Shown: one piece after another, positions 27,403-34,746 of the stretch | Position numbering within the stretch: position 1 is the first letter of the stretch | Layout: every line of letters begins with the position of its first letter | Origin: Abditibacteriaceae bacterium | GTDB lineage: Bacteria > Armatimonadota > Abditibacteriia > Abditibacteriales > Abditibacteriaceae | Reading direction: 5' to 3' | Length of the DNA stretch: 34,746 nucleotides | NCBI GenBank assembly: GCA_031372065.1 | Contig: JANMKN010000143.1 | Span: forward strand, 1-34,746 | Made by a program: the position numbers and the translations under genes | The notes under the pieces: model-generated | Database searches by the model: none | What the model was told of the DNA's origin: nothing | The model's input: only the letters and a program-made list of their open reading frames with translations

Positions 27403-29233
27403 GAATCACAAATACAGCATTGAAGAGGCATTCAAAGAATGCTACTACATCGTTCCTGACTACCAACGCGAATATGTGTGGCAGGAAAAAGAGGTGTTGC
27501 AACTGCTGGAAGATATCAATGAACAAATTGGCAGCAGCAACGAGTATTTTATTGGCACCATTTTGGTGTCGCCCACCGACACCAAAAACCACTATGAAGT
27601 GATCGATGGTCAGCAGCGCCTCACCACGTTTTTCCTGCTGTTGTGTGCGTTACGCCACTTCTTTGTGTGGGAAGCGCCATTTACAGTAATCAACGGCTTG
27701 ATTTCTACCAGCTATACCACGCTGAAAGGTGAAAGCCTCACCACGCTCAAATTGGAGCCGCGCTACGAAAACGCTGGTGCAGTGATGCAGAAAATTGTTG
27801 ACCTGAACACCGACCCCGAAACCACTCGGAATGGTGTTTTGAATTCCGGCATTGCCAGCTTTGGATCGTTGGAGAATTTGCTCAATGCTTATGCCACTAT
27901 ATACCGTTATCTTCAGGACAACTATGATGAATTGACCGAAAGAAAGCAATATTGGGGCTATCTGGCCAACGCTGTGGTGTTCATCCAGATTTCTACTGAT
28001 GTTGGAAGCGCGCTCAAAATCTTTGAGACCATTAATGAGCGCGGCGTTGGCCTCAACCCGATGGATTTACTGAAAAACCTGCTTTTCACACAGGTGCAGC
28101 CTGCTGAATTCACCAACCTGAAAACTGAGTGGAAAAAGATCACCGCGCCATTAGAAAAGCAAAAGGAAAAGCCGCTACGTTTTCTGCGCTATTTTCTGAT
28201 GGCGAACTATAGAATCAAAATCGAGCGTAAGGAATCAAACGACAGCAACAGTGCCATCGTGCGTGAGGATGAAATTTACGATTGGTTTACCAACAAAGAG
28301 AATGCCACGCTGTGTGGTTATCAGAGCAAACCATTCGACTTCGTGCGCAAGATCATCTGCAACGTTGATCTTTATATTGGCTTCGCCAATGGCCGCGCCA
28401 ACGATCACCAAAATAGCATCGCCATGCAAAATCTGAAGCTGCTGACTGGCGGCGCCTTCAGCCAGCATTATGTGTTGCTTTTAGCGGCGGCTACTTTCCC
28501 GCGTCCACTCTTCGACCACTTTGTCACTCAGGTCGAGAGCTTCCTCTTTTATTACATCTTCACCAAAACGTCGACCAAAGACCTTGAACGGCTATTTTCC
28601 CTGTGGGCAGACGAACTGCGCGAGATCGGCGCTTTTACCGATTCACAAGAGCAAAAGCAAAAACTCAATGAGTTCTTAGAAAACCGCTTCCAAAAGAGCA
28701 TGGCAACCAAAGAGGGCGAACTAACTGACGCCCTGAAACGCCTCACGCTGTTTTCCATGCAACGTTATCGCACGCGCTATCTGTTGGCCAAGCTGACGCA
28801 GTTCGTGGACATGGCCTATCAGGGCGTGAAAATTCCTGGTGTTTTGCAGCCTTATACCGTGCTGGAAATTGAACACATTTTGCCTGACAATCCGAAAACC
28901 GATTTGCAAGTGTCTTTTGCTGAACAGAATCCGGCAGTAAAATATGACGATTGCAAAATCAAATTGGGCAACTTGACGCTGCTGGAAAAGCCACTCAATA
29001 TCATCGCCAGCAACAATTTCTTCAACCAAAAGAAAGGTGAATATAAGCAGAGCCAGAATTACTTGACGCGTAGCATTGAGGAATTAGCACAAGTGGGCAA
29101 CAACAGTTCCATCACTCGCATCAATGCTTACTTGGAAGCCTTTCCCGATTGGACGGCTGCGAGCATTGAGCGGCGGCAAGAGTTACTAATAAGACTGGCG
29201 AAAGAAGTTTGGAAAATTACGAAATTGCAGTAA
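27389..29233 (+). CDS. DUF262 + DUF1524 (HNH) protein, GmrSD/SspE-like restriction enzyme
   Basis: VPDYQREYVW, IDGQQRLTT, IFETINERG (DUF262); IEHILP, LGNLTLL..PLN (DUF1524). GGAGGG RBS before ATG 27389. Confidence 0.9.
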   Translation: MAKIENHKYSIEEAFKECYYIVPDYQREYVWQEKEVLQLLEDINEQIGSSNEYFIGTILVSPTDTKNHYEVIDGQQRLTTFFLLLCALRHFFVWEAPFTVINGLISTSYTTLKGESLTTLKLEPRYENAGAVMQKIVDLNTDPETTRNGVLNSGIASFGSLENLLNAYATIYRYLQDNYDELTERKQYWGYLANAVVFIQISTDVGSALKIFETINERGVGLNPMDLLKNLLFTQVQPAEFTNLKTEWKKITAPLEKQKEKPLRFLRYFLMANYRIKIERKESNDSNSAIVREDEIYDWFTNKENATLCGYQSKPFDFVRKIICNVDLYIGFANGRANDHQNSIAMQNLKLLTGGAFSQHYVLLLAAATFPRPLFDHFVTQVESFLFYYIFTKTSTKDLERLFSLWADELREIGAFTDSQEQKQKLNEFLENRFQKSMATKEGELTDALKRLTLFSMQRYRTRYLLAKLTQFVDMAYQGVKIPGVLQPYTVLEIEHILPDNPKTDLQVSFAEQNPAVKYDDCKIKLGNLTLLEKPLNIIASNNFFNQKKGEYKQSQNYLTRSIEELAQVGNNSSITRINAYLEAFPDWTAASIERRQELLIRLAKEVWKITKLQ

Positions 29234-29288
29234 AAATTTCCCTTACGCCTATGTTTTGCGCCTTTTCGCAGCTATCAAAAATTGAATT

Positions 29289-30284
29289 ATGACCACTGAA
29301 ACACTTCTTGAAGTTCGCCATTTGTGCAAGCATTTTCCGATTATGAGCAAGGGTTTTGCGCGTCGCAATGTGGGCGCGGTAAAAGCCGTAGATGATGTCA
29401 GCTTTGATTTGCAGCGCGGCGAAACTTTGGGTTTGGTGGGCGAAAGTGGGTCGGGCAAAACGACTTGTGCGCGCACCATTTTGCGCGCACTGGCGCCAAC
29501 AAGTGGCACGGCGTTGTTTCGGGATGGCGAAACTTCAGTGGATTTGGCAAGTTTGCCGGACAAGGATTTGAAACCGCTGCGCCAGAAGATGCAGATGATT
29601 TTCCAAGACCCGTTTTCCTCGCTCAATCCGCGCATGACGGTCGGCGATATTGTGGCCGAGCCGCTGGTCATTCACAATCTGGCAAGCGGCAAGGAATTGG
29701 AAGAGCGCGTAACCGAAATGCTGGTTAAAGTTGGCCTCAAGCCGGAACATCGCCAGCGTTATCCGCACGCGTTTTCGGGCGGGCAACGGCAGCGCATCGG
29801 TATCGCACGGGCGTTGATTATGAAACCGGCACTCGTTGTCGCTGATGAAGCGGTTTCGGCGCTGGATGTTTCGGTTCAGGCACAGGTCATTAATTTATTG
29901 AAAGATTTGCAGGACGAATTGAATCTGACTTATATTTTCGTGGCGCATGATCTGAGCGTAGTGCGCCACATTTGTGACCGTGTGGCCGTGATGTATGCCG
30001 GAAAACTGGTCGAACTGGCGCCGACACGCGAATTATTTGAAAATCCGCGCCATCCTTACACGCGCGCTTTGCTGTCGGCGGTGCCGGATATTGATCCCGA
30101 TGTGCCGATGAATTTTGAAGTCGGCGGCGAAGTGGCCGATGCCGGAAACTTGCCGTCTGGTTGCAGTTTTCACCCGCGTTGCAGCCAAAAATTCGCGCCC
30201 TGCGACCAAGTGGCGCCTTCACTTTCACTTGTCGAAAACGATTGTCATGTGGCGTGTCATTTGTATGATGCGTCGCAAAAATAA
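29289..30284 (+). CDS. ABC transporter ATP-binding protein (DppF/OppF-type)
   Basis: [38 protein letters not shown]...GCSFHPRC. Confidence 0.94.
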   Translation: MTTETLLEVRHLCKHFPIMSKGFARRNVGAVKAVDDVSFDLQRGETLGLVGESGSGKTTCARTILRALAPTSGTALFRDGETSVDLASLPDKDLKPLRQKMQMIFQDPFSSLNPRMTVGDIVAEPLVIHNLASGKELEERVTEMLVKVGLKPEHRQRYPHAFSGGQRQRIGIARALIMKPALVVADEAVSALDVSVQAQVINLLKDLQDELNLTYIFVAHDLSVVRHICDRVAVMYAGKLVELAPTRELFENPRHPYTRALLSAVPDIDPDVPMNFEVGGEVADAGNLPSGCSFHPRCSQKFAPCDQVAPSLSLVENDCHVACHLYDASQK

Positions 30285-30305
30285 GCCTCGCTTTGGGGAG
30301 ACGAG

Positions 30306-31364
30306 CTATTTCTTCACCGGTTTTGGCTCCACAACGCAAGCCGGATCATTCGCGGCTGCCGTGCCCACTTCTTCGACGGGATGCGTGAAAAGATAGCGCC
30401 AGACGGGTTCGTAAAGATATTTGCCGTCTTTATCTTTGGGCGAAGCGCCGCCGGGCGTGACCGAGGAATGCGCGCGGTTGGCGTCGTTTTTCACATCGGC
30501 AGCGGAGATTAAACGCCGCGTGTTATTATAGGGCGGCGCGGCGTTATCTACATTGATAATGGCGCCGAATTGGTTAAGTCCGAGCAGTTGCCACGAGCGG
30601 CAATAATGATTTCCTGTCCAGCCGCCATCGAGAACATGGCTAAAACCAAAATAGCGATTGGCTGGTGTCGCTGAACGCAGTGCCTGCCAGTTTTGATATT
30701 GATCGCGCGGGCCGCAAAACATCACCACACGGTCAACGCGCTTAAATTTGGCAAAGCGCGCCGCTGTTGTGGAGCCGTGCGAGGCGCCAGCAATTATCAC
30801 TTTGTCCCAACGCAAATCTTGCTTGTCATCGGTTAAGAAATAATCCCATTTGCCTTGTGGATTTTCCTTCGCCAGCCACTTCACAAACTGCTTTGCGCGC
30901 TCCATCATGCCATCGGGCTGGGGAATCTCCACTTCGTTGCTAAAGTCCTGACCCGTTGCGGCTTCAAGGCGAATATTGCCGAGAAATTGGTCGTCGTTTG
31001 GCGGTTCGGCATTGCCGAATTTGCCAAACCAGCCATTCGCGTAATGCACTTGAATGGCGTGCAAACCATAACTATTGACGCGTTCAAACAATTGCGAATT
31101 GTAACCCATCAGCCAAATGACGAGTTTGCCTTGCGGCGCCACGCGCGTGTCCACTGTCGCGTGTTCTGTGTCTTGCGGCTTGCCGTCTTTCTCGAAGACG
31201 AAACCAATTTCAGCATGAGGCTGCGCCCGCGCATCAATTTGGCTGGCCCGCGCCGTGAGTTCATAACGACGCGGCGCGTCGTTATCGAAAGTCAAAGGCG
31301 CCGCCGCGCAAAATGCCGGAGTTGCCAGCAAAAGGCCGGTCAGAGAAAAAAGAATAAATTTCAT
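30306..31364 (-). CDS. Secreted alpha/beta-hydrolase-like protein (BPSS1187-like)
   Basis: Signal peptide; nucleophile-elbow motif IIAGASHGS; C-terminal His in RAHSSV; PVWRYLF. Confidence 0.65.
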   Translation of the reverse strand: MKFILFSLTGLLLATPAFCAAAPLTFDNDAPRRYELTARASQIDARAQPHAEIGFVFEKDGKPQDTEHATVDTRVAPQGKLVIWLMGYNSQLFERVNSYGLHAIQVHYANGWFGKFGNAEPPNDDQFLGNIRLEAATGQDFSNEVEIPQPDGMMERAKQFVKWLAKENPQGKWDYFLTDDKQDLRWDKVIIAGASHGSTTAARFAKFKRVDRVVMFCGPRDQYQNWQALRSATPANRYFGFSHVLDGGWTGNHYCRSWQLLGLNQFGAIINVDNAAPPYNNTRRLISAADVKNDANRAHSSVTPGGASPKDKDGKYLYEPVWRYLFTHPVEEVGTAAANDPACVVEPKPVKK

Positions 31365-33283
31365 GAGTTCGAGTTTTGCAGCATCAGCGCCACTTCGCCT
31401 TTTTGGATTAGTTGCTCAACTTCGGAACTGGCCGATTTGCGAAGAGGAACGCCCGCGCAAAGCAGCACGAAATAACCTATGCTGCCAAGGATAATAAGCT
31501 GGCCAACGAAAGTGTGCAGCCAGCATAAACGATAAGCGATTAAAGGTTTTTCGCGCGTCTCGGCGCGAAGAAGCCATCGCGTCCACAGCAAAACCAAAGA
31601 AGCACCAAAAGCAGTTTGGAAAACACAGGGCGGCCAATTTGGCACGGCATCAATACCTTGCAAACTGATGAGGCGCATTTCGGGAGACAAGGCCACGCTC
31701 CACATCCACGCCAAAGCGCCCACAATGAAAGCAGATGCCAGTTCGTGCATCAACGAAAACAAGCGCACTTCACGATTTTGTGTGAAAGGCGTCTGCCGCC
31801 AAAGACGATTACGCGTCACGATGCTGCACCATCCGCTTGACATCAAAACCGGCAAAACTGCGCTCATTGCCAAAGGCAGCATAAACAACAAGCGTTTTGA
31901 GTTATCAATTGAAAAATCTTTCAGGCCAATGAAAAGATAGCTTTGCCAGATAGCACCTTGCATCAAGGCGCAAAGGCAACACAGCGTCAAAATGCCCCCA
32001 AAGATTGCAACGCTGTGCCATAAGTCGCGGCGCGCAATAACAACAGGCGGTAAATTGAGCCAGCGCAACAAGGCGCCCAAAGCGGCCCACCAGACCAACA
32101 AAAGCGGTAACTGCAACAGAATCAGCGACGCCACGCAGCGTAGCGATACCGACCAAATCAAAGAGGAAGAACGAAGCCCGCGATCCCAAGATGAATTTTT
32201 ATACGCCCGATATAAAGCATCACTGCGTTGCCCATCGGCAATTAACGCCGATTGCAGCGCGCGGCCATCATACGATTCATCGTGCTGCTTGGCATAATCT
32301 ACAAACGCATCGGCTTGCAGGCGACGGAAATCTTCCCAATGATGCGGGCCAGCAGGCGCTTTTGGCCTTTTATCGGGTTGCAAAGGCTCTTCGTTGACAA
32401 AAAGATAAGTTGCTGCATCGAAAAAGCTCAATACATCGGGGTTTGGCGAATTCCATTTGGCGCGCAGCATAAGGCGCAAGACATTATCGTAATTGCGCAA
32501 CGCCTTCTTATGGTCGCCGCGACGACGCATTTTCACGATTTCCCACAAAATAATACGCCCCATCGCGCGCGTCGAAGGATAGTCAAACCGCCGCTCAATT
32601 AATAGTTTTTCTTCCCACGAAAGCGGGCGCTGCCACAGTTTTTCGTGTGCTGCAATTTGCACTTGTTTCCAGTCGCGCTCGTGTGAATCGAAGCGTGCTT
32701 TTTGCGCGGCTCGATCTAAAACACGCCACGCTTCGTCATCGCGCCAACTACTTAGCAGAAAGTAAATTTCCATCCAGTCGAAATAGTCATTGTCTGGCTC
32801 TAATTTTTGGCCGTGCCGCGCTAAAGCAACGTATTTTTCCAACTCGTCGGACGTGAAATTTGGTTTGGTGCCAAGGCGTTCTGGCGGCGGCCAACCAGCG
32901 GTTTTTTTTGCCGCGTTGTAGCCACCCGAAAATTCGCCCGGCAAGCGATTATGCCGCAGATATAAAGCAGCACTCTTTAAGCGCCGCGCGATGAGCCAAG
33001 TTTGATCGGGAAAGCGTTTTACCAAGCTGTCGAACACTTCTTTATCAACTTTGGTGTATTCATAATGTGGCTCCAAAACCACAGCTTGCACTTGCGCATC
33101 GTCTGCATAGTTTTCGGCAGAGGGCAGCACTTGTTCTGTAATCTGCGGCAGCCCGCCATACTGCCAACTCCCATAAAAACTATCGCCACGAAGGTGCGCA
33201 AAAAACGAGTGCCGCAGCGCAGGGACGAGCAAAACCGCGAGCCAGCAGAACAAACATAAAATAGGCAGCCAAGAGCGTTTCAT
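31361..33283 (-). CDS. Hypothetical multi-pass membrane protein with helical extracytoplasmic domain
   Basis: N-terminal TM segment, helical region (GQKLEPDNDYFDW), several C-terminal TM helices, ends GEVALMLQNSNS. Stop overlaps the next start (ATGA). Confidence 0.75.
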   Translation of the reverse strand: MKRSWLPILCLFCWLAVLLVPALRHSFFAHLRGDSFYGSWQYGGLPQITEQVLPSAENYADDAQVQAVVLEPHYEYTKVDKEVFDSLVKRFPDQTWLIARRLKSAALYLRHNRLPGEFSGGYNAAKKTAGWPPPERLGTKPNFTSDELEKYVALARHGQKLEPDNDYFDWMEIYFLLSSWRDDEAWRVLDRAAQKARFDSHERDWKQVQIAAHEKLWQRPLSWEEKLLIERRFDYPSTRAMGRIILWEIVKMRRRGDHKKALRNYDNVLRLMLRAKWNSPNPDVLSFFDAATYLFVNEEPLQPDKRPKAPAGPHHWEDFRRLQADAFVDYAKQHDESYDGRALQSALIADGQRSDALYRAYKNSSWDRGLRSSSLIWSVSLRCVASLILLQLPLLLVWWAALGALLRWLNLPPVVIARRDLWHSVAIFGGILTLCCLCALMQGAIWQSYLFIGLKDFSIDNSKRLLFMLPLAMSAVLPVLMSSGWCSIVTRNRLWRQTPFTQNREVRLFSLMHELASAFIVGALAWMWSVALSPEMRLISLQGIDAVPNWPPCVFQTAFGASLVLLWTRWLLRAETREKPLIAYRLCWLHTFVGQLIILGSIGYFVLLCAGVPLRKSASSEVEQLIQKGEVALMLQNSNS

Positions 33284-33327
33284 AATTTGGAACTTTGCAA
33301 CATCGAAGCGACTTCACCTTCTATAAA
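33280..33327 (-). pseudogene. Orphan 3'-end fragment of a paralogous membrane-protein gene
   Basis: Reads FIEGEVASMLQSSKL* with its TGA overlapping the ATG at 33283. Matches the neighbours' C-termini GEVASMLQTS and GEVALMLQNS. Confidence 0.65.
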
Positions 33328-33406
33328 TCAAATTGCACCATTGATTCCGAAATTCTACCTTATCCTAATGAGTTCACTTTCAAGGCAGTTGGTTCAGTTT
33401 TAACCA

Positions 33407-33434
33407 AGTTAATTCGGTTTCAACCGAATTAACT
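33407..33434. repeat. Perfect 13-bp inverted repeat (possible terminator hairpin)
   Basis: agttaattcggtt-tc-aaccgaattaact; includes the TAA stop of the 33429 gene. Confidence 0.6.
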
Positions 33435-34451
33435 CGTTTGCAGCATCGAAGCCACTTCGCCGCGCTCTATATATTGATTGACGGCAGTTTCGGCGCGGGC
33501 GCGGAAGGGAAGTAAAACGGTCAGCAAAAAAACGTAACTCACGATTGCCACGACGATGAGATGGCCCAAAGCAGCGTGCCAAATGCGCAGTTGATAAGCG
33601 GCGCGCGATTTATCGGACGCGAAGAGTTCGCGCAGCCATAAAAAGGCCAACGCCGAGGCGAAAAACAGTTGCGGCCAGAAAGGGAAAATGTTGACCGATT
33701 GATTGAGTGCATCCGGCAAGGGAAACGCGGAATCGGCTAAATCGAAGGTAGTGAGCCACGTTGTTTGGTTTTGCGCCGCAGCAGCACAAAACCACCAAAA
33801 CGCCATGGCGCACGCCAGCATATACAGGCTGCTGATGCTTAACAACGAGACAAAACTGAAACGATGGCGCACCGCCATCACGCGCGCTCGCACGCCGCGC
33901 AAAACGATGCCGCGCGCCAAGTTTTCGCGCTTGCGGGCACTGCGCTTGACCATCCACGCCGCAAGAGGAATTGGCCACAAAAAGCCGACAAACAAAAAGA
34001 AGAAACCGGCGCCTATTTTTACGGGCGATTGGCTGAGAACATCCATCAATAGCAATCCCCAACCGGCGCCCAATGTGAAAGCGAGAGTCCAGAACAGCGC
34101 GGTGCCTAAAGTGGCGGTTAAAACGGCGCGTCGCACATCGCCCGCTTCCGGCTCAACTTGAGGCACGCTTGCCAATCGCAAGGCGCCGCCGATTATCAGC
34201 CACCAGAAAAGGAGCAGCGCCAGCAACAAAAAGAGCAGCGCTGTTGCCCAGTAAAGTGAAATTGATGAGCGTAGCGGGCGCCTGTCTAAGCCGCCAAAAC
34301 TCGTTTGCGCCTTGAAAGCGAACTTTAATTTGTCGAGTCGTTTGCCTTCTTCGATAGCAAGCGTCGCCATTTCGCGCCCTAAAGCAGGCTGTCCATGCGC
34401 CGACGCGTAAGCTCGCACTTGCTTGGCTGTAAGTTGAGAGCGTTTTTCAAA
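33429..34451 (-). CDS. 5'-truncated paralog of the 31361-33283 membrane protein
   Basis: Frame is open up to 34451 (FEKRSQLTAKQVRAYASAHG), aligning with the middle of the 640-aa paralog (WEDFRRLQADAFVDYAKQHD). Shared C-terminal motif. Confidence 0.7.
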   Translation of the reverse strand, partial: FEKRSQLTAKQVRAYASAHGQPALGREMATLAIEEGKRLDKLKFAFKAQTSFGGLDRRPLRSSISLYWATALLFLLLALLLFWWLIIGGALRLASVPQVEPEAGDVRRAVLTATLGTALFWTLAFTLGAGWGLLLMDVLSQSPVKIGAGFFFLFVGFLWPIPLAAWMVKRSARKRENLARGIVLRGVRARVMAVRHRFSFVSLLSISSLYMLACAMAFWWFCAAAAQNQTTWLTTFDLADSAFPLPDALNQSVNIFPFWPQLFFASALAFLWLRELFASDKSRAAYQLRIWHAALGHLIVVAIVSYVFLLTVLLPFRARAETAVNQYIERGEVASMLQTS

Positions 34452-34452
34452 T

Positions 34453-34746
34453 TATTCGCGGCGTTCACTGGAGGGCGGCGTCGATCCGGTGGTGACCGCG
34501 GCGGTCATGGCGTTCGGTCTGGTTTATGCGCACCCATTCGCCGACGGCAATGGCCGCATCCACCGCTGGCTCATGCACCACGTGCTTGCCAAGGCGGGCT
34601 ACAACCCGCCCGGTCTCGTCTTTCCCGTCAGCGCCGCGATTCTGAGGCGACTCGACGAGTATCGCTCCGTCCTCGAGTCGTACACCGCGCCGCTACTGCC
34701 GTTCATCGACTGGCACGAGACGGCGGACGGCAACGTCGAGGTCTTG
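34453..34746 (+). CDS. Fic-domain protein, internal fragment
   Basis: Manual translation YSRRSLEGGVDPVVTAAVMAFGLVYAHPFADGNGRIHRWLMHHVL...; canonical HPFxDGNGRxxR motif. No N-terminus; visibly higher GC than the rest of the window. Confidence 0.9.

Noticed and set aside
30278..30312. Possible terminator between convergent genes
   Set aside because: Stem is short and imperfect; not enough support.
1..34746. tRNA, rRNA, CRISPR array, integrase or transposase genes
   Set aside because: None recognised by eye; covariance-model and HMM searches would be needed to exclude small RNAs.

Overview
Bacterial chromosomal segment; the gene style is loosely reminiscent of Armatimonadota/PVC-type organisms (inference only). 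Left to right: a minus-strand run (aldolase-like TIM barrel, a GxxExxY nuclease gene bracketed by ~56-bp inverted repeats, DUF58, hypothetical, rnhB); an NADPH:quinone reductase; a c-di-GMP cluster (PAS-PAS-GGDEF, hybrid histidine kinase, REC-HD-GYP); small IR/REP-like elements; and a secreted beta-barrel-like protein. The most notable part is an ~8.3-kb, visibly AT-richer island (about 13.5-21.9 kb) bounded by a 148-bp diverged direct repeat of the 5' end of the downstream ABC transporter gene. It encodes a TIR/DUF4062-like-EAL-TIR/DUF4062-like protein, an unannotated EAL remnant, and a ~1830-aa TIR-like-HATPase_c_4-DUF4062-STAND-like NTPase-TPR protein with a duplicated 108-aa C-terminal domain, a candidate new nucleotide-signalling defence system. 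Next is an Opp/Dpp-type ABC operon with an SBP-permease fusion, interrupted by a DUF262/DUF1524 (GmrSD/SspE-like) gene, then a secreted hydrolase and tandem paralogous membrane proteins. At about 34,450 an abrupt junction leads into a high-GC Fic gene fragment, possibly an assembly chimera. All domain calls come from motif recognition by eye; no searches were run.
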